From the NCBI GenBank assembly GCA_002346425.1, contig DDZS01000035.1:45835-109834 (forward strand): a stretch of 64,000 nucleotides of DNA. Reading direction: 5' to 3'. Under the pieces are notes generated by a model. That model was given only the letters and a program-made list of their open reading frames with translations. It made no database searches and was not told the DNA's origin. A program made the position numbers and the translations under genes. This stretch comes from Alphaproteobacteria bacterium UBA3002 (GTDB lineage: Bacteria; Pseudomonadota; Alphaproteobacteria; Rickettsiales; UBA3002). Every line of letters begins with the position of its first letter. Positions within the stretch are counted from its first letter, which is position 1. Shown in pieces: positions 30,751 through 42,890 of this stretch.

Positions 30751-33700
30751 ACGTACCGATATTGAATCCATTCTTATCATCGGCGCTGGCCCTATTGTCA
30801 TTGGTCAAGCCTGCGAATTCGACTATTCCGGCACGCAGGCTGTGAAAACCCTGCGCGCGGAAGGCTATCGCGTGGTGCTTGTGAATTCCAACCCGGCCAC
30901 CATCATGACCGACCCAGAACTGGCCGATGCGACCTATATCGAGCCGATAACTGCGGATGTCGTGGCAAATATCATCGCCAAAGAAAAGCCCGATGCGCTA
31001 CTGCCGACGATGGGCGGCCAAACAGCACTCAACTGCGCGCGTGAATTGGCGGAAAGCGGCGTACTCGACAAACACGGCGTCGAATTAATCGGCGCCAATC
31101 TGGATGCGATCAACAAAGCCGAAAACCGCGACTTGTTCAACAAAGCCATGCTGCGCATTGGTCTGGATGTACCTCGCAACGCCATCGCGCATAGTATGGA
31201 TGAGGCGCGCAAAGCGCTGGAACATATTGGTCTTCCCGCGATTATTCGCCCTTCCTTCACCCTTGGCGGCGCTGGCGGCGGGATTGCCTATAACAAAGAC
31301 GAGTTTGAGCAGATCGTCGCTTCCGGTCTCGATGCCTCACCAACCACCGAAGTCTTGATCGATGAATCGGTGCTGGGCTGGAAAGAATATGAAATGGAAG
31401 TCGTCCGCGACCATGCGGATAACTGTATTATTGTTTGTTCGATTGAGAATATCGACCCGATGGGCGTGCATACCGGCGACTCGATTACCGTCGCGCCTGC
31501 ACTGACGCTGACCGATAAAGAATACCAGTTGATGCGTAACGCGTCGATCAAAGTGCTACGCGAAATTGGCGTAGACACCGGCGGCTCAAATGTGCAGTTC
31601 GCAGTGAACCCTGAAGACGGGCGCATGGTGGTGATTGAGATGAATCCGCGCGTGTCGCGTTCATCGGCACTGGCCTCAAAAGCAACCGGCTTCCCGATTG
31701 CCAAGGTCGCAGCAAAACTGTCAGTCGGCTACACGCTCGATGAAATCCTCAACGATGTGACGCAAGCCACGCCTGCGTCTTTCGAGCCGAGTATCGATTA
31801 CATCGTGACCAAAATTCCACGCTTCACGTTTGAAAAATTCCCTTCGACCGAAGCCATCTTATCGACCTCAATGAAATCGGTCGGCGAATCGATGGCGATG
31901 GGCCGTTGTTTCGCAGAAAGCCTGCAGAAAGCGCTGCGTTCGCTGGAAACGGGCCTTAATGGTCTGGATGAGATTGAGATTCCGAAATACGATCCCGAAA
32001 AACCGGATCGTGAAATGCTTCTCGCCGGCATCAGCAAACCGACGCCGGACCGCTTGCTGCGGATTGCGCAAACCCTGCGCTACGGGCTGGATGTAAAAAC
32101 GATTTGCGCAATCACCAAATATGATCCGTGGTTTATCCGCCAGCTGGAACAGATCGTGAACGAAGAAAAGCAGATCCGTGAAAAAGGACTGCCGAGCACG
32201 AAAATCGGCCTGCTGCGCGTTAAGAAATTAGGGTTCTCCGATGCACGGCTAGCGCAATTGACAGGTTTAAAAGTCGATGCGGTGACGGCATGGCGCACGA
32301 ATCTCGATGTGCATCCAGTGTTCAAACGCGTCGACACCTGCGCGGGCGAATTCGAAGCGCTGACTCCCTATATGTATTCCTGCTACGAAGGCGATGGCAT
32401 TAATCCGGCGGAATGTGAATCCAAACCTTCATCGAAGCAGAAAATTGTTATTCTGGGCGGCGGGCCCAACCGGATCGGTCAGGGCATTGAATTCGATTAT
32501 TGCTGCGTACACGCGGCCTATGCGCTTAAAGAAGCCGGGTATGAAACCATCATGATCAACTGCAATCCGGAAACCGTGTCGACCGATTACGACACCTCGG
32601 ATCGCTTGTATTTTGAGCCGCTCACAGCAGAAGATGTGATCGAAATCATCCGCAGAGAACAGCAGAATGGCTATGTTCGCGGCGTGATCGTGCAGTTCGG
32701 CGGGCAAACACCGTTGAAACTCGCGAAGTCACTGGAAGCGGCGGGTATCCCGATTATCGGGACGCGGGTTGACGCCATCGATCTGGCCGAAGACCGCGAG
32801 CGTTTCCAGCGTCTGTTATTCGATCTGGAGTTGAAGCAGCCGGAAAATTACATTTGCCACACCCCGGAAGAAGTCCTCGAATATGCGGAGCAGATTGGCT
32901 ACCCGGTGGTAGTGCGTCCGTCTTATGTGCTTGGTGGCCGGGCGATGCAGATCGTGCACGACTCCGAAACACTGCGCTCGTATGTCAACGAAGTCGCCTC
33001 CATGTTCGGCGATGGACCGATTCTGATCGACAGCTATCTCAGCGGGGCGATTGAGGTCGATGTCGATGCGCTGAGCGATGGCGAAAAAGTCTTCGTCGCG
33101 GGCATCATGGAGCATATCGAAGAAGCGGGCATCCACTCCGGCGATTCGGCCTGTACTTTGCCACCCTATTCCCTGTCAACCGATGTGTTACGGCGGATTG
33201 AAGAACAAACCGTGGCGCTGGCCAAAGCGTTGCAGGTACGCGGGCTAATGAATGTACAATTCGCAGTGAAAGATAACGATATCTATATCCTTGAAGTCAA
33301 CCCACGGGCGAGCCGCACAGTACCCTTCGTGGCCAAAGCGACGGGCATGCCGGTGGCTAAATATGCCGCGCGGGTGATGGCGGGTGAAACCCTCGCCGAT
33401 CTCGGGCTAAAAGGCAAAACACAAGAGCCGCTAAACCATATGGCGGTAAAAGAAGCCGTCTTCCCGTTTGCGCGCTTCCCCGGTGTTGATGTATTGTTGG
33501 GCCCGGAAATGAAATCAACGGGCGAGAGCATGGGATTGGATGCGGAATTCCCGCTCGCCTATGCCAAAGCGCAACTCGCCGCGGGCACGCGTTTGCCGCT
33601 TAAAGGCAACGTCTTCATCTCCGTGCGCGACGGCGACAAAGCCACCGCGATTGAACTGGCGCGCAAATTAAGCGACTTAGGGTTTAACCTTATCGCCACT

Positions 33701-34000
33701 GCGGGGACGGCTGCTTCACTGCAGGCAAAAAACATCAAAACCCAGCGCATCAATAAAGTGCACGAGGGTCGCCCGCATATTGTCGACAAAATCAAAGACG
33801 GCGAAATCGCCTTGATCATCAATACGACCGAAGGCGCCGCCGCGATTGCCGATAGCTATTCGATCCGCCGTAACGCGCTGATGAATAAGGTGGTCTATTC
33901 AACTACCATGCCCGGTGCACGGGCGGTCATCCGCGCCATCGCTGCCATGCAGCAGGCAAAAGAAGGGCTTGCAGTCAAGGCGTTGCAGGACTACTTCTAA
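30743..34000 (+). CDS. carB: carbamoyl-phosphate synthase large subunit
   Basis: 1085 aa with duplicated ATP-grasp halves ([19 protein letters not shown] / [19 protein letters not shown]) and an MGS-like C terminus. Confidence 0.97.
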   Translation: MPKRTDIESILIIGAGPIVIGQACEFDYSGTQAVKTLRAEGYRVVLVNSNPATIMTDPELADATYIEPITADVVANIIAKEKPDALLPTMGGQTALNCARELAESGVLDKHGVELIGANLDAINKAENRDLFNKAMLRIGLDVPRNAIAHSMDEARKALEHIGLPAIIRPSFTLGGAGGGIAYNKDEFEQIVASGLDASPTTEVLIDESVLGWKEYEMEVVRDHADNCIIVCSIENIDPMGVHTGDSITVAPALTLTDKEYQLMRNASIKVLREIGVDTGGSNVQFAVNPEDGRMVVIEMNPRVSRSSALASKATGFPIAKVAAKLSVGYTLDEILNDVTQATPASFEPSIDYIVTKIPRFTFEKFPSTEAILSTSMKSVGESMAMGRCFAESLQKALRSLETGLNGLDEIEIPKYDPEKPDREMLLAGISKPTPDRLLRIAQTLRYGLDVKTICAITKYDPWFIRQLEQIVNEEKQIREKGLPSTKIGLLRVKKLGFSDARLAQLTGLKVDAVTAWRTNLDVHPVFKRVDTCAGEFEALTPYMYSCYEGDGINPAECESKPSSKQKIVILGGGPNRIGQGIEFDYCCVHAAYALKEAGYETIMINCNPETVSTDYDTSDRLYFEPLTAEDVIEIIRREQQNGYVRGVIVQFGGQTPLKLAKSLEAAGIPIIGTRVDAIDLAEDRERFQRLLFDLELKQPENYICHTPEEVLEYAEQIGYPVVVRPSYVLGGRAMQIVHDSETLRSYVNEVASMFGDGPILIDSYLSGAIEVDVDALSDGEKVFVAGIMEHIEEAGIHSGDSACTLPPYSLSTDVLRRIEEQTVALAKALQVRGLMNVQFAVKDNDIYILEVNPRASRTVPFVAKATGMPVAKYAARVMAGETLADLGLKGKTQEPLNHMAVKEAVFPFARFPGVDVLLGPEMKSTGESMGLDAEFPLAYAKAQLAAGTRLPLKGNVFISVRDGDKATAIELARKLSDLGFNLIATAGTAASLQAKNIKTQRINKVHEGRPHIVDKIKDGEIALIINTTEGAAAIADSYSIRRNALMNKVVYSTTMPGARAVIRAIAAMQQAKEGLAVKALQDYF

Positions 34001-34006
34001 GATGAA

Positions 34007-34036
34007 AGGGACGCAATTCGTTGTGTCCTTCTTGTT
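34007..34036 (+). terminator. possible intrinsic terminator after carB
   Basis: Stem aagggacgca / tgtgtcctt (9 bp including 2 G-U pairs), a 6 nt loop, and a U-rich tail cttgttatct. Confidence 0.4.
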
Positions 34037-34051
34037 ATCTAGGAGTAAAGA

Positions 34052-34525
34052 ATGGACCGTATCCCTCTAACCAAAACCGGCTATCAACGGTTAGAAACCG
34101 AGCTGAAGAAACTGAAAAATAAGGAACGCCCCGAAGTGGTGCAGGCGATTGCCGAAGCACGCGAGCATGGCGACCTGTCGGAAAATGCGGAATATCATGC
34201 CGCACGCGAGAAGCAGAGCTTTATCGAAGGGCGCATTCTGGAACTGGAAGCCGTCATCGGGCAGGCCGAAGTCTATGATCCATCCGAAATGTCGGGGACG
34301 ACTGTCAAATTCGGCGCAACCGTTAAACTGGTCGATGAAGACACGGAAGAAGAAGTCACTTATCAGGTCGTCGGCGAATATGAAGCCGATCTGGAAGCCG
34401 GACGCATTTCTGTGACGGCGCCGATTGCCCGTGCCTTAATCGGCAAGCAGGCCGGTGACAATGCCGAGGTGCATACGCCCAAAGGCGAACGGTATTATGA
34501 AATCTTAGAGGTTAGCTATCAGTAA
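34052..34525 (+). CDS. greA: transcription elongation factor GreA
   Basis: 157 aa with EAREHGDLSENAEYHAAREKQ and the C-terminal domain. Confidence 0.95.
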   Translation: MDRIPLTKTGYQRLETELKKLKNKERPEVVQAIAEAREHGDLSENAEYHAAREKQSFIEGRILELEAVIGQAEVYDPSEMSGTTVKFGATVKLVDEDTEEEVTYQVVGEYEADLEAGRISVTAPIARALIGKQAGDNAEVHTPKGERYYEILEVSYQ

Positions 34526-35475
34526 TGCATATTCTGGCGCTGACGGATAATCGCGCCGGGCATACCTCGCATACGCTGGGCCTGGCCGAAGCCTTGCGCC
34601 TGAAAACACGGGGGGTGGTTCAGCAAGTGCCGCTGGCCTATGGGCCTCTCGCCAAATTGCCCGCCCCGTGGGTGGGTGCCTATGCCTATGACAGCATCAG
34701 TCGCGCGCGATTGCGGGAAGGAACGCCGGATCTGGTGGTCGCAACCGGCCGTCGTTTACGCAATGCGCTACTGGCCATTAAGCGCCGCCATCCGTCCTGT
34801 CAGACCGTCCACTGCTTCGGCAACCCTGCGCCGGGTATTACGGTGAGCTTGCGCCCCGATCATGACGACACCCTGATCGGCGACATTTCTCCTTTACGCT
34901 TCCGCGGCGCATTGCATCGGCTGAGCACTGCTTCTCTGGAAGCGGCCTTGCCCCATTTCGAACAGACCTATGACACCCTGCCCGCCCCGCGCATTGGCGT
35001 GCTTCTTGGCGGCCATAGCAGACGCCGCCAGTGTCAGCCTTCAGATATTCACCATATTCTCGATCTTGCGGAGCTGCTGCATGGCGGTAAAGGATCGCTG
35101 ATCATCGCACCCAGTCGCCGCACGCCCAAACATGCCGACCGCTGGGCAGCGGAGCGCATTACCTGCCCATACGCCTTTTGGGATGGCGAAGGGGAAAACC
35201 CTTACCTCGCGATGCTAGCCGGGTGCGACGCGCTGGTAGTCTCTGGCGATTCCATTTCCATGATGAGCGAAGCCTGCTTCACCGGCAAACCGGTCTTCAT
35301 TGACACGCGATTTTCTACGTCTACCCCGAAACATCGCCGTGTTGCCGCCCAACTCATTGCGGATGGCTATGCCGCGCCTTTAACGGGGGATAGCCTGCTC
35401 GACTTTCATCCCACCGGCCGGTTAGACGAAATGCAACGCCTGATGCCCGAACTCTGCCTTGCACTCGGGCTATGA
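34525..35475 (+). CDS. ELM1/DUF1022 family protein (mitochondrial-fission ELM1-like, glycosyltransferase-like fold)
   Basis: The N terminus ILALTDNRAGHTSHTLGLAEAL matches my recollection of the DUF1022 family start. Its ATG overlaps the greA stop (TAATG). Confidence 0.6.
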   Translation: MHILALTDNRAGHTSHTLGLAEALRLKTRGVVQQVPLAYGPLAKLPAPWVGAYAYDSISRARLREGTPDLVVATGRRLRNALLAIKRRHPSCQTVHCFGNPAPGITVSLRPDHDDTLIGDISPLRFRGALHRLSTASLEAALPHFEQTYDTLPAPRIGVLLGGHSRRRQCQPSDIHHILDLAELLHGGKGSLIIAPSRRTPKHADRWAAERITCPYAFWDGEGENPYLAMLAGCDALVVSGDSISMMSEACFTGKPVFIDTRFSTSTPKHRRVAAQLIADGYAAPLTGDSLLDFHPTGRLDEMQRLMPELCLALGL

Positions 35476-35504
35476 TGCGTTACATTGTGAGGAAGGAGGC
35501 CGCC

Positions 35505-36140
35505 ATGCGCTACATTTTATCCCTTTTCACCTTTTTATTACTGCCATCACTAGCGTTCGCAGGTTCGACGGCCTCGTATAAAGCCGATATGGGCAAAATG
35601 CACGATGCGATGCACATGCAGTATTCCGCGCAACCGGATACGGATTTTGCGCGCGGCATGATTCCTCACCATCAAGGCGCAGTCGATATGGCGCGGACGG
35701 TATTGCAATATGGGGAAGACGACACTATTGCGTATCTGGCCAATGCGATTATCGTTAGTCAGGTCGAAGAAATTGGTATTATGAACCGTTGGTTAAACCG
35801 CCGTGGCTATCCAGAACCTACGAGCGATGTTCCTGCGGAGAGTACCCGTCAATTCCATGCCGATATGCGTAAAATGCATCACGCGATGAATATTGAGTAT
35901 ACCGGCAATGCCGATCTGGATTTTGTGTGCGGCATGATTCCGCATCACCAAGGGGCCATCGACATGGCCGCTGTCGAAGTGTCAGAAGGGCGCAAGCCTG
36001 AAATGCTGGCGCTTGCCCCTCGGATTATTCTGCAACAGCAAGCGGATATTGCGCTGATGCGCCGCTGGCTGAACCGTACCAATCAGCATTGTGCCCTGCA
36101 ATCCGACATGATGCATCATTCAGGAGAACACCATGGCTGA
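35505..36140 (+). CDS. secreted DUF305 family protein with two DUF305 repeats
   Basis: Start at MRYILSLFTFLLLPSLAFA (signal peptide), with GGAAGGAGG RBS upstream. The motif GMIPHHQGA(V/I)DMA occurs twice. Confidence 0.8.
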   Translation: MRYILSLFTFLLLPSLAFAGSTASYKADMGKMHDAMHMQYSAQPDTDFARGMIPHHQGAVDMARTVLQYGEDDTIAYLANAIIVSQVEEIGIMNRWLNRRGYPEPTSDVPAESTRQFHADMRKMHHAMNIEYTGNADLDFVCGMIPHHQGAIDMAAVEVSEGRKPEMLALAPRIILQQQADIALMRRWLNRTNQHCALQSDMMHHSGEHHG

Positions 36141-37095
36141 AACCCATCACACTAAAACTCTCATCATTGGCTCCGGTTCTGCCGGATGTAGCGCGGCAAT
36201 CTATACTGCGCGCGCCGGGCTGGACCCGATCATGGTGCATGGTATGCAACCCGGCGGGCAGTTGACCATCACTACCGATGTTGAAAATTATCCCGGTTTT
36301 GCCGAATCGATCCAAGGCCCCTGGCTGATGGAGCAAATGGAAAAACAAGCCGAGCATGTCGGCACCCGCATCCATCACGATGTCATCATGGAAGTGGATT
36401 TATCCAAACGGCCGTTTGTTGCCAAAGGCGATTCCGGCGATACCTATATCGGCGAAACGCTGATTATCGCGACGGGGGCCTCGGCACGCTGGTTAGGGCT
36501 AGAGAGCGAATATAAATACCAGAATTTCGGCATTTCCGCCTGCGCCACCTGTGACGGGTTTTTCTTTAAAAATAAAGAAGTGGTCGTCATCGGCGGCGGC
36601 AATAGCGCGGTCGAAGAAGCGCTGTTTTTGGCGAACCTCGCATCGAAAGTAACCTTGATTCACCGTCGCGACGAGTTACGCGCTGAAAAGGTAATGCAAA
36701 ACCGCCTCTTCAAGCATGAAAAGATTGAGGTCATTTGGGATCATGTGGTTGAAGAATTTTTGGGTGAAGACAATCCGCCAAACTTAACCGGCGTCCGTAT
36801 CAAACACGTCAAAACCGGGGAAACGCGCGAATTGAAAACCGATGGCGCTTTCGTCGCGATCGGGCATGTGCCGAATACCGATCTGTTTAAACCGCTCGAG
36901 AGGGATAGCGATGGCTATCTTATCACGGCTGGCGATAGCACGCGCACCAACATCGCAGGCGTGTTTGCCGCAGGCGATGTGCAGGACAAAATCTACCGTC
37001 AGGCAATCACCGCGGCAGGAACCGGTTGTATGGCCGCATTAGAAGCGGAAAAATTCCTCGCTGAGCAAGAAGATGAAGCGAGCGCTGCCGCTTAG
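36133..37095 (+). CDS. trxB: thioredoxin-disulfide reductase
   Basis: FAD motif IGSGSAGCSAA, redox-active CATCDG, NADPH motif VIGGGNSAVEEA. Confidence 0.95.
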   Translation: MAETHHTKTLIIGSGSAGCSAAIYTARAGLDPIMVHGMQPGGQLTITTDVENYPGFAESIQGPWLMEQMEKQAEHVGTRIHHDVIMEVDLSKRPFVAKGDSGDTYIGETLIIATGASARWLGLESEYKYQNFGISACATCDGFFFKNKEVVVIGGGNSAVEEALFLANLASKVTLIHRRDELRAEKVMQNRLFKHEKIEVIWDHVVEEFLGEDNPPNLTGVRIKHVKTGETRELKTDGAFVAIGHVPNTDLFKPLERDSDGYLITAGDSTRTNIAGVFAAGDVQDKIYRQAITAAGTGCMAALEAEKFLAEQEDEASAAA

Positions 37096-37147
37096 TATCT
37101 AGCGCTTAGCTATTGCACCTAATGCATAACTCCGCTAAGGGGCATGT

Positions 37148-38083
37148 ATGGATTGGGACAAACTTCGTATTTTTTATGCCGTCGCGCAGGCGAAAAGCCT
37201 GACCCGCGCCGGCGAAGCGTTAGCGCTGAGTCAATCCGCCGTCAGCCGCCAGATAAGCGCGTTGGAAGAGCGGATGAAGGTGACCCTGTTCCATCGCCAT
37301 GCGCGCGGGTTATTGCTGACTGAACAAGGCGAGATGCTCTATAAAACCGTCAGCGAAATGGTCGCCAAGCTGAACCAGACGGAAACGCAGATCGTCGAAA
37401 GCAGCGAAAAACCCAAAGGCCCATTTAAAATCACCGCGCCGGTCGCGATCGGAACCATTTGGCTCGCGCCGATTCTAAAAGAATTCATGGAGCTGTATCC
37501 CGATATTGAGGTCACCCTGATTGTCGAAGACAAAGAACTCGATCTCGCGATGCGTGAAGCGGATGTGGCGCTGCGCATGTATCCGTCGAAACACCCGGAT
37601 CTGGTGCAACGGAAACTCTTGAATCTCAGTAATTCAATTTACGCCTCGAACGATTACCTGCGCGATTTTGGCGTGCCAGGCAGTTTGGCTGATCTGAAAA
37701 AACACCGGCTAATTACCTATCCGTCTTATCTGCCGCCGCCCTTCCCGGGCGTGAATTGGCTCTTTGATATCCCGGAAATCAAGCGGATGAAGCTCGAGCC
37801 GTATGTGCAGATGAATAGTCTGAACGCGATCCGCCGCGCGGTAAAAGTCGGTATGGGAATTGCCGCACTGCCGGATTATATGTTGCATCGTTCGCGCCAT
37901 ATCTCACGCGTGCTTCCCGACCTTCCCGCGCAAAAAACGGAAGCCTATTATGTGTACCCGGTTGAGCTAAAACATTCGCGCCGCGTTGCGGTATTCCGGC
38001 AATTTATTGAACGTAAAATTCAGGAATTCGACTTCGGCTATGCCTATAACCAATTGGAAAACGAAGATCCAGACGCGGTGTAA
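37148..38083 (+). CDS. LysR family transcriptional regulator
   Basis: N-terminal HTH (LRIFYAVAQAKSLTRAGEALALSQSAVSRQISALE) and a LysR substrate-binding domain. Confidence 0.9.
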   Translation: MDWDKLRIFYAVAQAKSLTRAGEALALSQSAVSRQISALEERMKVTLFHRHARGLLLTEQGEMLYKTVSEMVAKLNQTETQIVESSEKPKGPFKITAPVAIGTIWLAPILKEFMELYPDIEVTLIVEDKELDLAMREADVALRMYPSKHPDLVQRKLLNLSNSIYASNDYLRDFGVPGSLADLKKHRLITYPSYLPPPFPGVNWLFDIPEIKRMKLEPYVQMNSLNAIRRAVKVGMGIAALPDYMLHRSRHISRVLPDLPAQKTEAYYVYPVELKHSRRVAVFRQFIERKIQEFDFGYAYNQLENEDPDAV

Positions 38084-38126
38084 GCGATGTGTAGATAAAA
38101 AACCACATCTGTTGCAAAAAAACCCT

Positions 38127-38154
38127 TTACTTTATTTTAACCCTTCCCTATATA
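38127..38154 (+). promoter_or_regulatory. candidate sigma70-type promoter for the putative sRNA
   Basis: TTACTT, a 16 nt spacer, then TATATA. By-eye call only. Confidence 0.3.
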
Positions 38155-38159
38155 CACGG

Positions 38160-38288
38160 CAACCGACATCGTGTCGGTTACTGAGCTAGTTGAGCTCAGC
38201 CGTTTTCAGATTCTTTTAGAGTCGAGAGCGGGTAGCCTCCCTGTTATGCTTTGCCGTCCGTCACTTCGGTGACGGCGGCTCTTTTTTA
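38160..38288 (+). ncRNA. candidate small RNA of about 130 nt (family not recognised)
   Basis: The element lies in a 322 nt gap between convergent genes. Two 5' hairpins are present (aaccgaca-tcg-tgtcggtt at 38161-38179; ctgagct-agttg-agctcag at 38181-38199). A single-stranded stretch containing CCUCCC follows, and then a strong intrinsic terminator. Confidence 0.35.
38253..38287 (+). terminator. rho-independent terminator
   Basis: GC-rich stem gccgtccgtcac / gtgacggcggc (one bulged T), tetraloop ttcg, tail tctttttt. Confidence 0.75.
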
Positions 38289-38405
38289 GGTGTTGCTCCT
38301 GTATAGCGCAGGAATTCCGTCCCCTTTGCGCGCCTACTGGCGCTCGCATGGGACCTGAGCTATCGCAGCTCATGGCTGGGTCGGCGTACTGGCCTACCTT
38401 CGTCT

Positions 38406-40470
<2,065 letters not shown>

Positions 40471-40511
40471 GGCTCCACTATAGCGTATATTACGGGTTTT
40501 GGTCTCGTTAT

Positions 40512-41606
40512 TTATACATTGAAGCGGAAATGGAAGATATCGCCGTCTTTCACATCGTATTCTTTGCCTTCAAGCCGCAATTTCCCCGCTTCTTTAGCCC
40601 CTTGCTCACCTTTATGCGCGACATAATCCGCAAAAGCGATGGTTTCGGCACGAATAAAGCCTTTTTCGAAGTCGGTATGGATTACACCTGCCGCTTGTGG
40701 CGCTTTGGCATTGGCATGCACGGTCCAGGCACGCGCTTCTTTCGGCCCGGCAGTAAAGAATGTAATGAGATTGAGCAAGCCATAGCCTTCGCTAATGATC
40801 CGCGCGAGGCCGGTTTCTTCCAGCCCGAGATCTTTCAGGAACTCTGCTTTTTCTTCCGGCTCCAGCCCCGCCAGTTCCGATTCGATTTTAGCAGAGACCA
40901 CCACCACCGGGTGGTTGGGAAATGCCTCCGCGACTTGTTGGGAAAATGCGTTGCCTGTCGCCGCTTCGTCTTCAGCGACATTGCAGACATACATCAGCGG
41001 TTTTGACGTAATCAACTGCAGCATCGTGACGCGCTTAGCCTCTTCTTCATCGGTCGGCGTATAAACGCGTGCAGATTGGCCTTCTTCCAGCAAGGGCAAA
41101 ATCTTGTCGATCAGCGCCAATATGGCCACCGCCTCTTTATCCTGACCCCGTGCTCTGCGTTGCAAGCCATCCTTGCGCTTGGTCAGCGACTCCATATCGG
41201 CGAGCACCAGTTCGGTTTCGATGATTTCTGCATCGCGCAGCGGGTCTACGCCGCCTTCGACATGGGTGATATCGTCATCTTCGAAACACCGCAGCACATG
41301 TGCAATTGCATCCACTTCGCGGATGTGACTGAGGAATTGATTGCCTAAGCCCTCGCCTTTGCTCGCGCCGCGCACCAGACCTGCAATGTCGACAAATTCC
41401 AGCGATGTCGGCAGGATTTCCTTGGATTGCGCCAGTTCCGCAATCGCGGTCAACCGATAATCTGGCACCGCCACGCGGCCCGTATTCGGTTCAATGGTGC
41501 AAAAGGGATAATTTGCCGCTTCTGCTGCCACCTGACTGAGTAGCGCATTAAACAATGTCGATTTGCCCACATTCGGTAAGCCGACAATCCCGCAATTAAA
41601 TCCCAT
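40512..41606 (-). CDS. ychF: redox-regulated ribosome-binding ATPase YchF
   Basis: [33 protein letters not shown], and a TGS-like C terminus ending FHFRFNV. Confidence 0.96.
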   Translation of the reverse strand: MGFNCGIVGLPNVGKSTLFNALLSQVAAEAANYPFCTIEPNTGRVAVPDYRLTAIAELAQSKEILPTSLEFVDIAGLVRGASKGEGLGNQFLSHIREVDAIAHVLRCFEDDDITHVEGGVDPLRDAEIIETELVLADMESLTKRKDGLQRRARGQDKEAVAILALIDKILPLLEEGQSARVYTPTDEEEAKRVTMLQLITSKPLMYVCNVAEDEAATGNAFSQQVAEAFPNHPVVVVSAKIESELAGLEPEEKAEFLKDLGLEETGLARIISEGYGLLNLITFFTAGPKEARAWTVHANAKAPQAAGVIHTDFEKGFIRAETIAFADYVAHKGEQGAKEAGKLRLEGKEYDVKDGDIFHFRFNV

Positions 41607-41609
41607 TTC

Positions 41610-42176
41610 TTATTCCTTTCGTAATGCCAGCTTGGTCATAAAGGCCTCATGGCCGTCTTGCAACCAAATCGGTAGATCGCGCACAATATCGTCCACGCGG
41701 TATGCGACCTCCTGCTGCTCGCTTTTCGCGAAATCGGAAAGAACGTAGGGGCTGACCTGATCTTTATGGCCGGGATGATCAATACCAAAGCGCAAGCGCC
41801 AATAGTCTTTACCCAGATGCCGATCGATATCGCGCAGGCCGTTATGGCCTCCATGGCCGCCGCCTAGTTTCACGCGGATTTTGGCGAGTGGCAGATCCAA
41901 CTCGTCATGCAGCACCCACACCTGATCGGGCGCAATTTGGAAAAAACGCGCGGTCTCACCGACAGCCTGACCGGATTTATTCATGAAGGTTTGCGGCTTG
42001 CACAATAACACTGGCTTTCCTGCGATCAATCCCTTGCTAAGAAGCGCATTGAATTTGCTGGTCCATGCCGGAAAGCCGTAGGCCGCATGAAGCGCGTCGC
42101 AAAGAATGAAACCGATATTGTGACGATGGCCCGCATAAGACGGGCCCGGATTGCCTAGTCCGGCAATCAGATGCAT
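41610..42176 (-). CDS. pth: peptidyl-tRNA hydrolase
   Basis: LIAGLGNPG..Y...RHNIGF and GGHGGHNGLRDI motifs; 188 aa. Confidence 0.95.
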   Translation of the reverse strand: MHLIAGLGNPGPSYAGHRHNIGFILCDALHAAYGFPAWTSKFNALLSKGLIAGKPVLLCKPQTFMNKSGQAVGETARFFQIAPDQVWVLHDELDLPLAKIRVKLGGGHGGHNGLRDIDRHLGKDYWRLRFGIDHPGHKDQVSPYVLSDFAKSEQQEVAYRVDDIVRDLPIWLQDGHEAFMTKLALRKE

Positions 42177-42181
42177 CGGGC

Positions 42182-42820
42182 TTATTCAGCCTTTTTAGCT
42201 TCGCCTTCGCCTGCAGCCGTAGCATCGCCTGCTGCATCATCCGCATCCTGCTTCTTACCGCGGCCAGTGATGGTCGCAATGGTGAAGTCGCGGTCGCTAA
42301 TGGCCGGGCGGACACCCTCAGGCAGCTCGATATGGCTGATATGGATTGAATCGCCGATATCGACGTTCGAAATATCCAATTGGATGGCTTTGGGAATATT
42401 GTTTGGCTTACACACCAGTTCCAGCTCGTGACGTACGACGTTTAGCGCACCACCACGACGCAGGCCCTTACTGCGCTCGCGACCTGAAATCTTCACCGGA
42501 ATCAACACATGAATTTCCGATTTATCCGTTACATGCACAAAATCGACATGCAATACTTTATCGCTGACCGGGTGCAGCTGGATGTCTTTCGGCAAGGCCA
42601 TAAAGCTTTCGCTACCAGCATCAATTTTAATCAGACTAGAGAAAAAACCGCCGCGGGTATAATGGGTGGTCACTGCGTTGGCATCGATAGCCACGCTGAC
42701 TGCATCTTTATCTTCACCGTAAATGACGGCCGGAACCTTGCCTTCACGGCGCAGCGCGCGGGCGCTACCGGTACCAGAATTATCGCGTTTGCTTGCTTCG
42801 AACGTAATCGCTGCTTCCAT
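42182..42820 (-). CDS. rplY: 50S ribosomal protein L25 / general stress protein Ctc
   Basis: Start at MEAAITFEASKRD...ARALRREGKVPAVIYG (ATG at 42820; a GTG at 42832 is also possible), with an acidic/Ala-rich C-terminal tail. Confidence 0.9.
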   Translation of the reverse strand: MEAAITFEASKRDNSGTGSARALRREGKVPAVIYGEDKDAVSVAIDANAVTTHYTRGGFFSSLIKIDAGSESFMALPKDIQLHPVSDKVLHVDFVHVTDKSEIHVLIPVKISGRERSKGLRRGGALNVVRHELELVCKPNNIPKAIQLDISNVDIGDSIHISHIELPEGVRPAISDRDFTIATITGRGKKQDADDAAGDATAAGEGEAKKAE

Positions 42821-42890
42821 GGCTTTTCTCACTTTTTTGCTTTAAGAGCGCGTTACTTAGCGGGAGCACGCGACTTAGTCAAGCAGGAAC

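Noticed and set aside
38289-38405. Second structured RNA or aatA terminator downstream of the aatA stop
   Set aside because: Only short hairpins are seen (gagct-gcgat-agctc on the minus strand), with no U-tail or promoter. Evidence is insufficient.
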